A program made the position numbers and the translations under genes. From Chrysemys picta bellii (taxonomy: Eukaryota): 64,000 bases of DNA. Numbering within the stretch: the stretch's first letter is position 1; each line of letters begins with the position of its first letter. Positions 25,061-38,415 of this stretch are shown piece by piece. The notes below the pieces were generated by a model. The model saw nothing but the letters and a program-made list of their open reading frames with translations, was not told the origin of the DNA and searched no databases. The stretch covers positions 34,596,001 through 34,660,000 of the forward strand of contig NC_088794.1 of the NCBI RefSeq assembly GCF_011386835.1, read 5' to 3'.

Positions 25061-26089
25061 CTAGTATCCTAGACTAGCATCCTAGTACTAGATATTAGGG
25101 AATTTAGGGATCCCCTAGTTGTCTCCCTAATGGAGAACTCAGAGGGAGGCCCTGTCCACATCTTTACCAAGTCCCAGACTAACAGCTGGCCACAATTCAC
25201 CTCTGCTCAATGCATGCAGTCCCCACGGCAGTTGGCAGGTTTAAATCCCCACTCCCCACCGACAGGGAGAAGGAGCAATATGTTCGTCCACATGTACACT
25301 CCTAAATTGGAATTTTCCCTAGCAGCACCTAGACTTATATAGGCCATCAGAGTAATGGCCAACTGCCCACCCTTCAACCAGCAGGCAATATTTGGGGGTC
25401 ACACAGCTTTAAATGAAACAAATAGATGGTTTGGGGTTTTGTCCATACGCCCTCAAACTAGGGGTTAACTACACCTAATGTATCACAGTCTTAGTACAGA
25501 GGGAAAACAGGGTGAGAGCAATACTTTAAAAGGAACAAGAAGCTCTGCAGAGCTACTGGCATTAGCACTATTGGGAGCCCCAGTGTAGACTAGCCACCAG
25601 CCACGCTTTTAGGCACCTGCTTCGAGAAGGGTTAGAGGACACTGTGTTGGCAGCCAGTCTGCTCTGTAGCTAACACAGGTGAAGCTGAACTGCTTTTGCA
25701 ACAGAGATACATTTTTCCAAAAATTCCCTAGCATATAATGCAAAGGTACAGTGGAGACACGGTTGTTTGGTGGTTTGATTTTGGGATGAACCTCAAATTT
25801 ACCAGATCTGAGTCACGTATGTGCCTGGTGAATACCCATTGGTACAGAGTAAACAGTGGTAATTCATCATTCATATAAGACTAACATAATTAACATTTTC
25901 ATAAAAATCAAGTTAAACTACATATACTGAAGTTGCTAGGAAATAAGGATGTGCTGAGGGTTAGAAAATATCCAGGGCTTCCACAAACTAAAAGATGCAT
26001 TGGAAGGGGTAGACTAGCACTCAGGATTTTTTTCACTGTAAAATATACCCCTTATTAACAAGGGTTAGAGCAACATCGTCACTATATAT

Positions 26090-26401
26090 CAGGGGTCGGC
26101 AACCTTTCAGAAGTGGTGTGCCGAGTGTTCATTTATTCACTCTAATTTAAGGTTTCGCGTGCCAGTAATACATTTTAACGTTTTTAGAAGGTCTCTTTAG
26201 TTATATATTATAGACTAATAGAAAATATTGTTGTATATAAAGTAAATAAGGTTTTTTAAAATGTTTAAGAAGCTTCATTTAAAATTAAATTAAAATGCAG
26301 AGCCCCCCGGACCGGTGGCCAGGACCCGGGCAGTGTGAGTGCCACTGAAAATCAGCTCGAGTGCCGCCTTCGGCACGCGTGCCATAGGTTGCCTACCGCT
26401 G
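26090..26401. mobile_element. hAT (Charlie-like) MITE
   Basis: TIR CAGGGGTCGGCAACCT / AGGTTGCCTACCGCTG (14/16); perfect 8-bp TSD CTATATAT at 26082-26089 and 26402-26409. Confidence 0.93.
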
Positions 26402-28789
26402 CTATATATCATTATATACAAACTACTTACATGCAAAACTCAATGTTAAGTATAGAAACACTACCAGTTCCTCCATAACACACATGTATATGGTGTATGC
26501 GCATTTTAAGGTTTTCATTTACAAGAGTAATAGCACCTCTAAGATAAACTACCAAAAGTATTCTGAGATTGTATTCAAGCACAGTTCCCCAAGGAGAAGA
26601 AGAGAGTACACCTACTCTAAACTTACCTGGAAATCATGGATCTCCACCTTCTTTCTAGTTTCACCATACCACCGTGCAGTGTACAAACAACGTTCTTAGG
26701 AGTGAAAAGTCACCAGGTTAAAACTAATGAATGATGAAAGGTCAACTGCAGGGCTTGCAGGTCAGTTTCTGAAAAAACTAGAGGTTTGATTCTAAAATGC
26801 TTCTTCTAAGCTTGCTTCCTCATCTTAAGGGTTCTCTGTGAATATTATACTTCATATTGATAGCAACAGTGTTACAGTCACACACGCATGCACCTGAACA
26901 TTTATTCCACATAATCATTCCTTAGAAATAGTTAATTTAGTTAAAATTGAGATGTTAACAAATATTGCTTTATGTAGAGAAGGTTACAAAATATCACTGA
27001 ATTACTTTTATGAACAAACCAAGAAGTGAAATATGTTGTTAAAAATCACATTTTACTTCTGTAAGCACAGGAGAGTAACTGTGTAACACTACTCAACAAC
27101 CCAAGGTACATTAAATAAAATGAGCAGTGTTTCAGCTTCTTTATGGCATCTCAATTATTGAACTGCTTTATCGACTACTTCATTGATAGGGAAGGAAAGT
27201 TTGCCTTTCCATGGCTTCTATTTTCCTCAGTGTAAGGTTTTGGAGACTTTTCTTATCATAATTTAATTCCTTTTCTTATCACTCTTGATTCTCGATGTCT
27301 AATTTAGTCCTCGCAGAAATGCACTGGAGGAGCACCACTCCAAGCTAAGCAGGGAACACTTCTCACAAACCCCATCCCAAACTTCAGTGCCTACTCCAAA
27401 TGCTCCTAGGAATAAAAGGAATTTACTCTCCAGTCAAGAAAGTGCAGTCAATTCTCAGAATATGGCGACGCATACAGACAGCTCAGTGCATACCTTTCAA
27501 TCTGACAAGCCCCAGATGTGGGACACTATGCATGACTAAGAAACAATTATTTATGCAAGAATCTTAAAATGCTGTGGGATACATCCCTAAGTGTAAATAA
27601 CTAACCTCAGCTTCACAATTATTTTTATTTCTGATGAAAGTTTCAACTATAAAAGTGAGGGGATGCTAATTTGTGTGGAAAGCAGATAACTTTGGGATTA
27701 AATTGAATGTCATCCCTCAGAATGCAGTAAATTTGTGCAATATGGACAAGAAATAGGTTACTTATGGTGTACTGCATCTCCACTGAACAATATCAGATGC
27801 TTATACTGTAGAACTGACATTTTGCAAAGGAAATACAAGACCGGGGGAGGGAAGCAGGGAACAGAGAATTTAGATCACTTACTAGTTGCTGTGAATGTCT
27901 AATGCTGCTATTTCCATCCATTCTACTCAGAGTTTTAAAACATTTTAGTATGCAATTGGTCATCCCATTATCCCACTCTGTTGGCAGTTCCAATCATTCT
28001 GGGTGACAACCCTTCATTGCCACCAGAGAGGCAATACAAATTTAAGTGCCTGCCGTCTGCATTGCAGAATACTGATTGCTAAGTTCAAGGTTTGTTTGGT
28101 TTTTTTTTTTGGTTCTGAGATTTAGAAGGGAATTCTTTCAAACTCAAACACTGACTGCCAAAATTCCCCCAAAGGAGTGATGCAATGATGATAGCCAACA
28201 GACCCTAAAAAGCAAAGGAAAACAATAAAAAAGCAGTACTCAGAAAGCAGCAGAATCAACAGAAACTTGTTATTGCAATGTCATGTTATAATGGGGACCT
28301 ATTCTGAAAAGTGTACGTAAAAATGGCACTTCCTTACACAGCAGATCTGCTGTCCATCTATTCCAAAACATGTCTTTATTTTGTGAAAAAAAATATACAT
28401 TTTTACTACTTTTTATTCCTGCTGGCACTGCAAAGCTAGTACAACTATTAGAGTGAGCTGGATTCTATTTTGGCTTGAGATTCATCAGCAGAACTACTAC
28501 TAAACTCCAGTTGCATGGGCAAATTTTCCTTTAGTTATGTCTGTTCAAACCCGTTGAAGACAATGGGGCTCCAGAGATGTCACAGAGGGCAAAATAGGAC
28601 CCGCAGGATCCTGAAAGAAAGACCACCAAAGCACATGTTTTGGATCTCAATTCCAAATATCTCTTATTTATAAACGGAGTAAATCTGATCTAGAAGTGAC
28701 ACACATACAACCATGGAACCCCACCATAATGCCGTTCATAGTCATTCTTCCCCTCCCCGTCCACTATCGTATTTAACTTTATGTGAAGA

Positions 28790-29200
28790 AGATGAGACAT
28801 GTAGGATTTATCATGCAGGACCAAACCAATGGGTTGATCAGCTTCAGCATCTTTCATCCTGCTGTGGCCAATAATGCAGGCTTTCCAAGGATGATGGAGA
28901 AAACATCAACAGCATTTAGACATTGGAAACATTTTCTCAGTGTAATGTGGGTGGCAGGGTATTTCTTCCCTCCTCCTGGCAACCATCAGCGAATGGCCTA
29001 CAGCGTGAGACTCAATTATTCTTACTTTATGGTTTACAATCATACAGTCAACTGACCAATATTCATGATAGGTCGGTCACTCAGCCCTTTTTAAAATCTA
29101 GCAACCGTCTTTGACTCTATGACCTCTTGTGGCAGTTAATTCCTCACCCTGATTGCATGCTGTGCAAACAACTATTTCCATTCATACTTTCTAAATTTGC
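28790..29200 (-). mobile_element. Old, diverged CR1-type LINE 3' fragment
   Basis: GACCTCTTGTGGCAGTTAATTCCTCACCCTGATTGCATGCTGTGC resembles the antisense of the CR1 C-terminal segment seen at 3820-3850 and 20060-20100. Confidence 0.5.
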
Positions 29201-29434
29201 TTGCCATCACTTCCATCGAGCAAGCTTCTTTTATTATATAATGTAGAAGGGAGGGACTGATCAGTTGTTACTATATAATTCAGAATTTAAGTATGTTGAT
29301 TTCGCTCTGTGTTCTCACACCAAAATATAGATGGATGCACATTTCATCACAAGGAGATTAGTTTTCAAGTGAATGATTTTAAGAAGATCATCACAACGTC
29401 AACACAGCTCAAAAAGGACCAGACGCTCTCTTTT

Positions 29435-29665
29435 GCGGTGGGGGTCTAGTGGATAGGACATGGGACTGGACATCAGGAGACCTGGCTTCTATTCCTGATT
29501 CTGATACTGACCTGCTGCATGACCTTGGAAAAGTCACTTCCTATTGGTCTGCACCATCCCCTTCATCATGTCTGATGTCTACTTAGACTGTAAGCTCTTT
29601 GGGGCAGGGCCTCTCTCTTATTATATGTTTGCACAATGCTTAACACAATGGGTCCACACCCTCAG
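29435..29665 (+). mobile_element. tRNA-derived CORE SINE with L2-like tail
   Basis: A-box-like GGTCTAGTGGATAGG, B-box-like TTCTATTCC, CORE-like GACCTTGGAAAAGTCACTT, tail TAGACTGTAAGCTCTTTGGGGCAGGG. Confidence 0.7.
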
Positions 29666-30719
29666 TTGGGAAGTTTATTATTGTTATTGCAATTCTGCTA
29701 TTACTCCTACTAATGGTGAGCACTTATAGCCCTTTACTGCAAATAAAAAAAAACACATTTCACTTATATATGATGAATTAGTTTAATATCGTAAGCATTT
29801 GAAACTCAAATTACATATTGGTATGCATAGCTGGGCAGGCACTGAATATGTACAACATTCACCTTGTGACCAGCAAGATTCACTCAATGGTAACTTTATT
29901 CTCTGCTAAAAAGTTTCACATGAAATAATCAGAATAATCTTTTTATTTCTCACAAATCTATTGGCCAGAAACACCACCTCATCCTATTCCTTGGTGCCTG
30001 GAAAGGAGAGGTTCACAATGCGGGAGAAAACTGTTGGGAATTTAAAGGATTTATCTTTCTTACCACAGAAGTCATACCTCAAACCAAACACCAAAGAGGA
30101 AGTTGAGAGGACAGCATGAAGGGTGATAAGAATAAGATGTGACACTGCCTCACTCAGTGAAAGTGACACTTGGTGTTTTGAAGAGTTCATTCCAGTAGTA
30201 AAAAAAAAAAAAAAGACACCATAAAGGAAAAGAGAAAGTACTTCACATTAAGGATTCTATCACTCTTGAAGTCAGCTTCTACAATGGGTGAGCCACCAGC
30301 AACAGAACAATCAATACACATGTAAATGCATAGTGTATCCTCTGGCTGCCATCCATTCTGAAGAGCTAGCAAAGGACTGAAATGGACAGAGTACCTGCCC
30401 TAACTTCTTATAGGTTTCTCTCATAGGCCAGCATACAACAACTAAGCTGTAAGAGGCTGTATTTGCATTAGACAAGTTAATACCTTCAACATAGCATGAG
30501 CCAGCAACAGTGCAGCTGCAGTAATACTAATCTATTAGTGTAGACAGGACTTGGGCATTATTACTGCAGTATCATGAAAATCTGGGAGTTCTACCTACAC
30601 CAGCATTTGCACAATTGCTACTTCAATATAGCAATCCTTGGTGGTAGTAGTTGTAATCGAGGTACTAATTTTTCTAGTGTAAACAAGGTGAGGAATGCAT
30701 CAGTGCATTTACTGATGCA

Positions 30720-33700
30720 TTCCTCTTCAAGTAGTTGCAGACATGGATTCCATTCAGGTGTGCGCACAACCAGTGCACTGAAACTAGAGAACTTTGCTTA
30801 GCAGTAACCATCAGGGAGGTGCTCAGTTCCAAGCCCCCCGTTCAGTTCCTTCTTACCACTTGTGGCCTGAGTCAGAGCATACAGTGTGGTGTCCACCTCA
30901 TGTTCATTATCACAGTGTTTCCGTGGTGTTTTTCCTTTTAAAAGTTCGCTTAGTAGTACTTTAAGTGTTAGTTTAGTGTAGTGTAGTTATTAGAGCGTAG
31001 GCCAGGGTAATGCCTTCTCTGGGTTTCAAACACTGTCCATTGTGTAGGGTTGCTATACCAACTAGTGACCCCCACACTCAATGTTTATTGTGTCTTAGTG
31101 AAAGAACACACTAAGGAAAGGTGCTCTATTTGCAAGTTATTTATGAAGAGAACACAGGTGGCAAGGGACTTGCGTTTAAGTAGCACCTTATGGAGCAGGC
31201 CATGAGGCCTGTGTTGGCACTGAGGACCTCTGCAGATCGTCAGACCCTCCAGAGAGTACCTGAGCCAGTATGGACTGGGCTGTACCTCTACATTAAGATT
31301 CTTCACTTAAAAGGAAAAGAGATCATTCCCCTTCCTCTGGTCCCCTGCGGAAGAGATAACCCATAAAACAGACTGGGCTGCCCCAGAGCATGGAGAGAGT
31401 CCTCCTCCATGTCAGAGTGGTACAGACTGGCATTGAGAGTCTTCTTGTATGCAGGACAGAGCCAGGCCATTAACCCACTCGCTGGTACCGAGGCCTGATC
31501 AATAAGACTCCGTGCTGTTGAGTCCAGTACCAATGACAGTGATGTTGGCAACAACAGTCTCCACACTATTGATATACCAGGCAACAGTGGACTAGTCAAG
31601 CCGTTCTGTTCTGCTCATTCAAGAGCATTTGACTGTGGTGGCCTTGTCTTCGATGCCACTGACACCCCCCTACCACTGACGACTGACTTACCAGTGTCGA
31701 TATCATCATCTACACCACCTCATACTCGGGGTCCTGGGTTTCTGTTGGCTTCCTGTTCAGTACTGAGGGGACTGCCGGAGCAGATACAATTTTCAGTACT
31801 GATGACAATTCCGGCGCAGACCATATCTGAGGGTCTGGTATCAACGTCATCTTCAACACTGATCCCATTTCAGTATGGTGAGTAAGTCTGATGCCTTCAA
31901 CTGTTCCATCAGTGTTGATGAAGCCAACGTGTTGGACTGTGGATAATTCAGGCCATTTGTTAATTCCACCTGGTGTGGCTCCTCTTCTACCACCAAACTA
32001 CTTAGAAGAATCTTCAGGATAGAGTGCAAAGATGTCTCCCTCTCCCTTCACCTTCCTGGTACTGTTTTTGGAGCTAGTTGAGGCCACCTGGAGATCAACC
32101 ATCACTACCAGGATTGGTACTGCTTACAGTAGGGACAAAGATTCCTGACCCAGCTCCTACTGGTCACCAGTGCTGCACCTCTACCCACAACAACTTCCTT
32201 GAAATCCCTGGGAGGCTCCTTGGTCGCTGAGGTCCCCATTGTCTGCTCATTACAGAGTTAGATCATCTATTCTTCTGGTGGTCTCTGCCAGGGCCAAATT
32301 AACCTTTTGTGGGCCTGGTGCCAAACTTATTTGTGGGCCTGGGTGGGAGCAATGGAGCATGGTGTTGGGAGGTCAGTTCCCAGAACGAGGGGCCAGCCGG
32401 GGCAATGGGGCATGGCATGGCAGGGGTGGCCCAGCTACGCCCAGGCCAGTGTGAGGGCACTATTTACAAACCGGCAGTTGCCAGACACACAGTGGCCTGC
32501 CCGGCCCTGTGCTGCCAGCGTACCCCTTCCCCTTGGGGGGCAGGCCTATGCTGCACCACACTGCCCCCCAACCAACATCCTCCCAACTCCCTAGGGCTAG
32601 AGCCCCCCCAGACCCACTAAGCCCAGTGCCCCCTGCAACCTCCACCATACAATGCACAGCACCCTGTCCAGTGCCACCCTGCCCAGCACCCCCACTCCAT
32701 AGTGCCCCAATATACACATCTTCCCTGCCCCCTCACAGCCCAGCACCGCCTCCGCAAGAAACCCACTCCCCCACGCCCTGCCTCCCGGCCGCACTCACTG
32801 GCCCTGCTGGGGGGCAACTGTGTCTGCCAGGCTGAGCCAGCAGTGCAGCCAGAGCTGGTTCTGGTCGGGGAATCGCTCCGGTCCCTCGGGAGTGGTGTGA
32901 TCAGCCAGACCAGGGCCTGCTCCAGCCTGGCTCCCTCAAGATGCACTTCCCCTGGAGGGGCCCAGCCAAGCTCCCCGCACTGTCTCCTTCCCCCACGTCC
33001 CCCACCCTGGCTGAGTTTGGCCAGGCTTCTGCACCAGTTCCAGGCGGCTCAGCTCCGGGGAGACAGGCGGGGCCCCACAGGTAGTGGGAAGCAAAGACTG
33101 CTCAGAGCTGGAGGTGCACTGGGGTCTGGCCAGGAGGCTGAGAGGAGCAGGGGGGTGGGACTGAGGACGCAGCTGGCAGGCAGCCCGAGAGGAGCAAGTG
33201 GTGGGCAGGGGAAGCCAGAGGGGTCTCAGGGCGCAGTGCCCCTTCTGAGTATGGGCCTGGCTCCGTGGAGCCATTGTAAACCCAGGGCTGGTCTCTACAC
33301 CTGAGTTGCCTGAGCCACCTCGGGGGGAGGGCCTTCCTCTGACCTGGTGCAACCTGTACCCTTGATGAGGTCAGATGTATTACCACAAGAGATTTCATTT
33401 ATCTCTTCTTCCTCTTACCAGATGCTGCTGCGGTGCCCAAGTCTTCATTTCCAGTACTGGAGGATTTTAAATCATATCATGACCTCCTGAGATGAATGGC
33501 ATTGTCAATGGGTATTCAAGCTGAATTTGTTCTGGAGAACACCCATAAGTTAGTGGACATTCTTCAATCCTCAGCTTCCAAGAGTTTCTTCCCCCGCACA
33601 TAAATGAAGCAATACTGGAGCCTGCAAAATCTCTGTGGAATATCCCAGAGTCTAGAACACACACAGCTAAGTGTACTCACAAGAGATATTATGTCCCCAT

Positions 33701-33880
33701 GCAGAATTTCTATTTTTTTCCTCTCACATGCACTGCTCAATTCCCTGGTTGTGACAGCAGCAAATGAGAGTGTACAGCAGGGGAAGTATAAATCTATGCC
33801 TAGGGACAAGGAGGCTAAAAGGTTATATTTGATGGGGAGAAAAGTTTATTCAACCTCCTCACTACAAATGAGCTGAAAGT
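30720..33880 (+). mobile_element. Decayed DIRS-type retrotransposon, 5' part (left ITR plus gag-like ORF1), 3'-truncated
   Basis: Start TCTTCAAGTAGTTGC...ATTCCATTCAGGTGTGCG resembles the ITR/ICR at 61087/61396. ATG at 31010 gives MPSLGFKHCPLCRVAIPTSDPHTQCLLCL..H and, after a frameshift, RCSICK (Cys/His finger). Later gag-like stretches EDFKSYHDLL, HKLVDILQS, NSLVVTAANE, KRLYLMGRKVYS. Confidence 0.8.
32289..33290. mobile_element. GC-rich hAT MITE inserted in the DIRS gag
   Basis: Starts CAGGGCCAAATTAA, ends with degenerate AAACCCAGGGCTG; 8-bp TSD GTCTCTGC (32281-32288) / GTCTCTAC (33291-33298), 7/8. Confidence 0.82.
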
Positions 33881-34759
33881 CATTGAACAAAACTCTAAAC
33901 CCTGCATATGATGGAAACAACTTCAAGCCACATGGTGCTGCCGCATCCCCAGTACCCCCTAGTTCCAGCACGCCTGGTATCACTAGGTGGGTAAGACTGA
34001 AAATGTTGAATAGCTCCAGATGGCCAGCAGAGCCTATAATAAGGGGTCAGATGCATTCCTTAGCAGGGAATCTATATTTAAGGGATTTGGAATAGCCATG
34101 TAACATACCGCCCATAGCTTAACATTGTCTCCCTCCGCCTCCTCCTCAGTTGCAATATACTTTTTCCTCACATTTCATGGGTATAACGAATCTCCACTTT
34201 CATTAAAACACTTGATGCATGTGCATAAGTGGAATCAGACTGTCTGTTAAAACTTACTGCACATTCTCTCTTTGTATCACAAGCTGCAATCCCTGGATCT
34301 CAAACGAATAATACTAAGGGTATAATTCAGTCCTTGAGGTTTTAAAATTGTTAATAAACTTCTTAAATTGTGCTCTCAAGGTATGAGATTACTCAATCTC
34401 CTCTGTGGAGGTGCAGCCTTGTATTCAGCTACAATCTCTGAATTGTTTTAAATGCAGTAAGAAGGAATTAAATGGAATTTGAAACCCTGGCACATTGCTT
34501 GAAAATGAAAGTCCATAAAAAACAATTCCAAACCAATAGCAAAAGTCATTTAATTCCAATAAAAAGTTTTGAATTAAAAAGTGAAAGCAGCACGAAAAGG
34601 ACTGATATAATAGATGACCATTTAGTGTTATTTTAAAGAGGTCATTGAATAAAATGCTTTGTGATATTAACTTAAGCTAATGATACCAGCAGCTTACCTA
34701 GTTCTTTGGGGGGGGAAAAAGTCTTTGCTCTTGGGCTGTATCTATACTAGAACTGCAAC

Positions 34760-34810
34760 TGGACGAGAAGACGTCTCAAGCTCCCTTCCAGTCTATGATT
34801 CTATAATCCA
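34760..34810 (+). mobile_element. Short CR1 3' tail
   Basis: CTCCCTTCCAGTCTATGATTCTATAATC resembles the CR1 terminal CCCTTCCA...(ATTCTATG)n. Confidence 0.55.
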
Positions 34811-35388
34811 CTGTTACATCCACCACTATATCACTGCAGTGACAGGTGGGACAGGAAAAGCAACCATTGGGAGGAGTGATTGTACCACTGCCTCTGCAAT
34901 ATAATCCCACAATGCTCCAAAATACTTGAACAGCACAGCATACTGGCACTCTGACTACCAAATTACTCAGCTACTGACTGTATGCAGACATGAGAACCCC
35001 CAAGGTATTGCATGGATTGTCCTGACTTTGTCCATATCCCATACCCAACCAGAGGACACAAAGGTATAATAAAAATGAAATTTTACTAAGATTTCCTTAA
35101 AACTTCTGAACCCTTCTGTCCCTCGAGGATTCACCCCCCCCCAAAAAATCAAAGGATCAGATCAATGGTTAGATGATATACATTGCAGAGACTGCCAATT
35201 TATTACCTCAGCAGTATCTCCCACACAATTAATTCAGAATGTAGCCCCAGACTTTTACAACACGTACACAGATCTTTGCGCAAGACAGAATATTTGAAGC
35301 AGCCAACACAAACAAAAAATCACAAATGGGTGCAAAGAGACACAACACACCATGGATATTATGCACCTGTGCCAAACAACTGTACTGA

Positions 35389-35575
35389 TGTAACTCATGT
35401 CTGCGTGGTGTGGCGCTCTGTCCCCCTCTAGTGGCGGTTAGATCAGCTAGAGATTGATGAGCCTTGGCTAACAGAGGTGTGATTTTTAGCTCAGGCAGCA
35501 GAAGCTTCTGAATTAAGCTCAAGAGGTCCTAGGTTTGATCCCAGCTGCCAACAATTGAGGTCTGATGCCATTACA
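35389..35575 (+). mobile_element. Short TG..CA element containing tRNA-like A and B boxes
   Basis: TGTAA...TTACA termini; A-box-like TAGCTCAGGCAG from 35487, B-box-like GGTTTGATCCC at 35532-35542; flanks CTGA / CTTA (3/4). Confidence 0.55.
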
Positions 35576-37444
35576 CTTAGAATGACAGAATAGGTGCAAC
35601 AACCCACATATGTTGCAGGAAGTTCCATGTGTACACATCATGCATTGTGTGCACCAGACATAGGGTGGCTAGCATGTGGACACACTATTCTGCAATGATT
35701 TCCATTTCTTTAATACCAAACAGCTTTGTGTAAACAAAATCAGAAGAGTTAAACTTCTAGGGCATCAATACTCTGAAAACAGTATTAACATTTTCACATG
35801 AGCTGAAGTGCCTCTCTCTTCAAGTGAGATATGGGTAGGTAAAACCATGGAAATGTGGCCTACAAGGCTTAGAGAGCTGAGCATTCTCATACAAAGATGC
35901 AGTTTAAAAATTAATTCTGTATCCTGTGTTCCTACACAAAATAATTGCTAAGTCTTACCATGATTGTGTCCTTCCTTTAACTGAGCACATTGACTGGATC
36001 AAAATTTGGACATCCTAGTACCATGTGAAGGTAAGTGTCCAGTTGATTCCTGGTTCTCTTGCAGATACTGAGATTCTATCCAGTTACAACACTAATGCCT
36101 AAGTTTGAATTTGAATATTCTCACCAGTGTGTTAAGACACTATTGTTAGTTTCACACAAGTTTTGATGACAAGGGTCAATCATCTTTCAGGGATTAGCCG
36201 ACAGGTCATCAAGTTTCAAAGAATTCGTTAGCAGGGATTTTGCTATTGATGGAGAGAAGACAGTTGGTCAAAAGATATTCTTTTGTGAATTCTGCACTGG
36301 CCGCAAGCGTTCCTTGGGACAGAAATTAAATTTTTTTTTAAAGAAAATGCTAAGACAAAGATAAATTGTACAAGTGCCCTGGGGAAAATTGCCTTGGAAA
36401 TATTTAGGTTCCAATGTAAACGTAGTGGTTCTTAAGTTTGCTTCCAGCTAATTCCTTAAAAATGTAAGCACCAAACTAGTAACAAAAATAAACCAAAACA
36501 AAAAAACAAAAAAACCCCACCTGGTGCTTACACTTGAGAAAGTGCCTAACACAGTGACTCTAGATGCTGGAAAGTCAGTACAGGTTTATTCCACCCATCA
36601 CTTTTAAGAAGATCTGTGTGATTCACTATGAAAATATTGCACATATTTTCCTATTAAAGACAGTTTATTTTTGGTTTTACTTATACCCAAGTACATATTA
36701 AAATATATCCTGAAAAAGCAAGGGATATGATTGGCAAAGACTGACACAGCACAATTCATTGGTTTGAACGTAACACTTACCTTCCATACATATTTTTGTA
36801 AAGTAACTTTTTGTAATAAAGTTTAGTCATAATAAGACATTCAAGTGCCTACTTATAGCACTTAGGTTTAGGTTAAATAGGTGTGATTGAATATTCTATT
36901 TACTCCATGGTTATCTTCTGCATAAATGTGTTAACTAAAGCTGCTTCTTTTTTTCTATTGAAGAAACAATTGACATACAAGTGATAGCTGTTCCAACACA
37001 GAATATCTTGAAATGCTGGTAGATTGCAACCCACTGAGACACAAAGACGCACACTTACATAAATGTTTCTGCTGATAGGTTACACAAGGCCCAATTTTGG
37101 CTTTGGTGGCAATAATCTTTGCTTCACAAAGATATCAGAAATTGTTGAAGAACTTTTATGTTGATGACTCAATGAAATAATTAAACTTGGGGTAGTCCAA
37201 AACTTGACTCTATAAAAAGAGAGGCTAGAAAATATTTAGGTTGCAATCAGTCTCTTAAGCTGCAGGAGAAGTGGAACCCAGCCATATTGCGCTGCTCTTT
37301 GTTTGACTGAAGGCAAAAACAAGTGTACTGTATACTAATCAGAATTGTAATCTCTATAATGACAAGACACTCCCCAAAGCCCTAAGGAAATAACCAGAAG
37401 AGATTGTAGTTAAGCTTCCAATGAACAGTCATTATAGATAGGTT

Positions 37445-37445
<1 letters not shown>

Positions 37446-37480
<35 letters not shown>
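37446..37480 (+). repeat. Poly(A) tract, 35 nt
   Basis: Direct reading; no TSD or associated element recognised. Confidence 0.95.
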
Positions 37481-37483
<3 letters not shown>

Positions 37484-38381
37484 TGACAGCCCATAATACA
37501 AACGGCAAAAGCTATTCTGTATCATCATCTGAACCCTAAAGAAAACTGATGACATTTCATTAAGTCTTGTTTAAATTTGAAGAGTGGTTTGAAGGTTTTT
37601 CTCCTCCCATCACCCTTCACTTCACATTGTCTCCTTCCCCCCCTCCCAACTTTCTTACCTAGAAGAATCTAAAATCATTTTTTTCTATCATGGAAGAAAT
37701 ATCAATAGGGCTTTTGGTTAGTTGTGTTGGCCATTAGCACTATTAATTTGAGACCTATGCATAACATTACAAAAAAGGAGCAATAAAATAGGCTTTAAAG
37801 CTGTAGCCCCGATGAAGCAATGTCTCACCGTGTCACAGGCTTCAATATTGATTTTTCACAAAACACCGTCAAAGCTGGTTTGCCAACACAGAGGTTCTAT
37901 ACAGGTTCCAGTTTTCAACACGGGTACACTTAACACAAGGGACATGTTTCCTTCAGTAATATGAGATACTATTGTTCCAGGAATAAGGCCAAACCGATCC
38001 TCCTGATACATGACTTTGTTTTGGTTTTTGCCTTGTTAAAGCACCTAGTTATACACAGGGCTGAGAAAAATAGCTTTGCTTATTATTCAAAGTATGTTTG
38101 AAATGTTAATTGAGTATAAAATGTTCACTCCATATCCAGAACTGACTGCAGCAGAACCAACTGCTACCTCTCTTCTCCTAATCCAAATCCAAGCAAGAGC
38201 ATTGGAGTGGGGGAGGAAAAGTCAGTTAAAAAACAAACTCTGCTTTGCTACTAGAGTTTTCCCCAGGCTCTTGACAAATTCTGATTCAAAGTTCCCCTTT
38301 GTAAGAGAGATTTAGTGTGACTAATACAGTCGTGCATTCTACTTCAAATTAAAGCTTTACTGCTGCACATGATCTGAAGTC

Positions 38382-38414
<33 letters not shown>
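38382..38414 (+). repeat. (AAT)11 microsatellite
   Basis: Direct reading. Confidence 0.95.

Positions 38415-38415
<1 letters not shown>

Noticed and set aside
25090-25402. Possible solo LTR ending GGTCACA
   Set aside because: No matching TG start or TSD could be identified.
32239-33398. Long ORFs up to 200 aa
   Set aside because: Confined to the GC-rich hAT MITE 32289-33290 and adjacent DIRS linker; spurious.
37446-37480. Poly(A) as the tail of a retrocopy or SINE (also 44201-44230)
   Set aside because: No upstream recognisable body and no flanking TSD.
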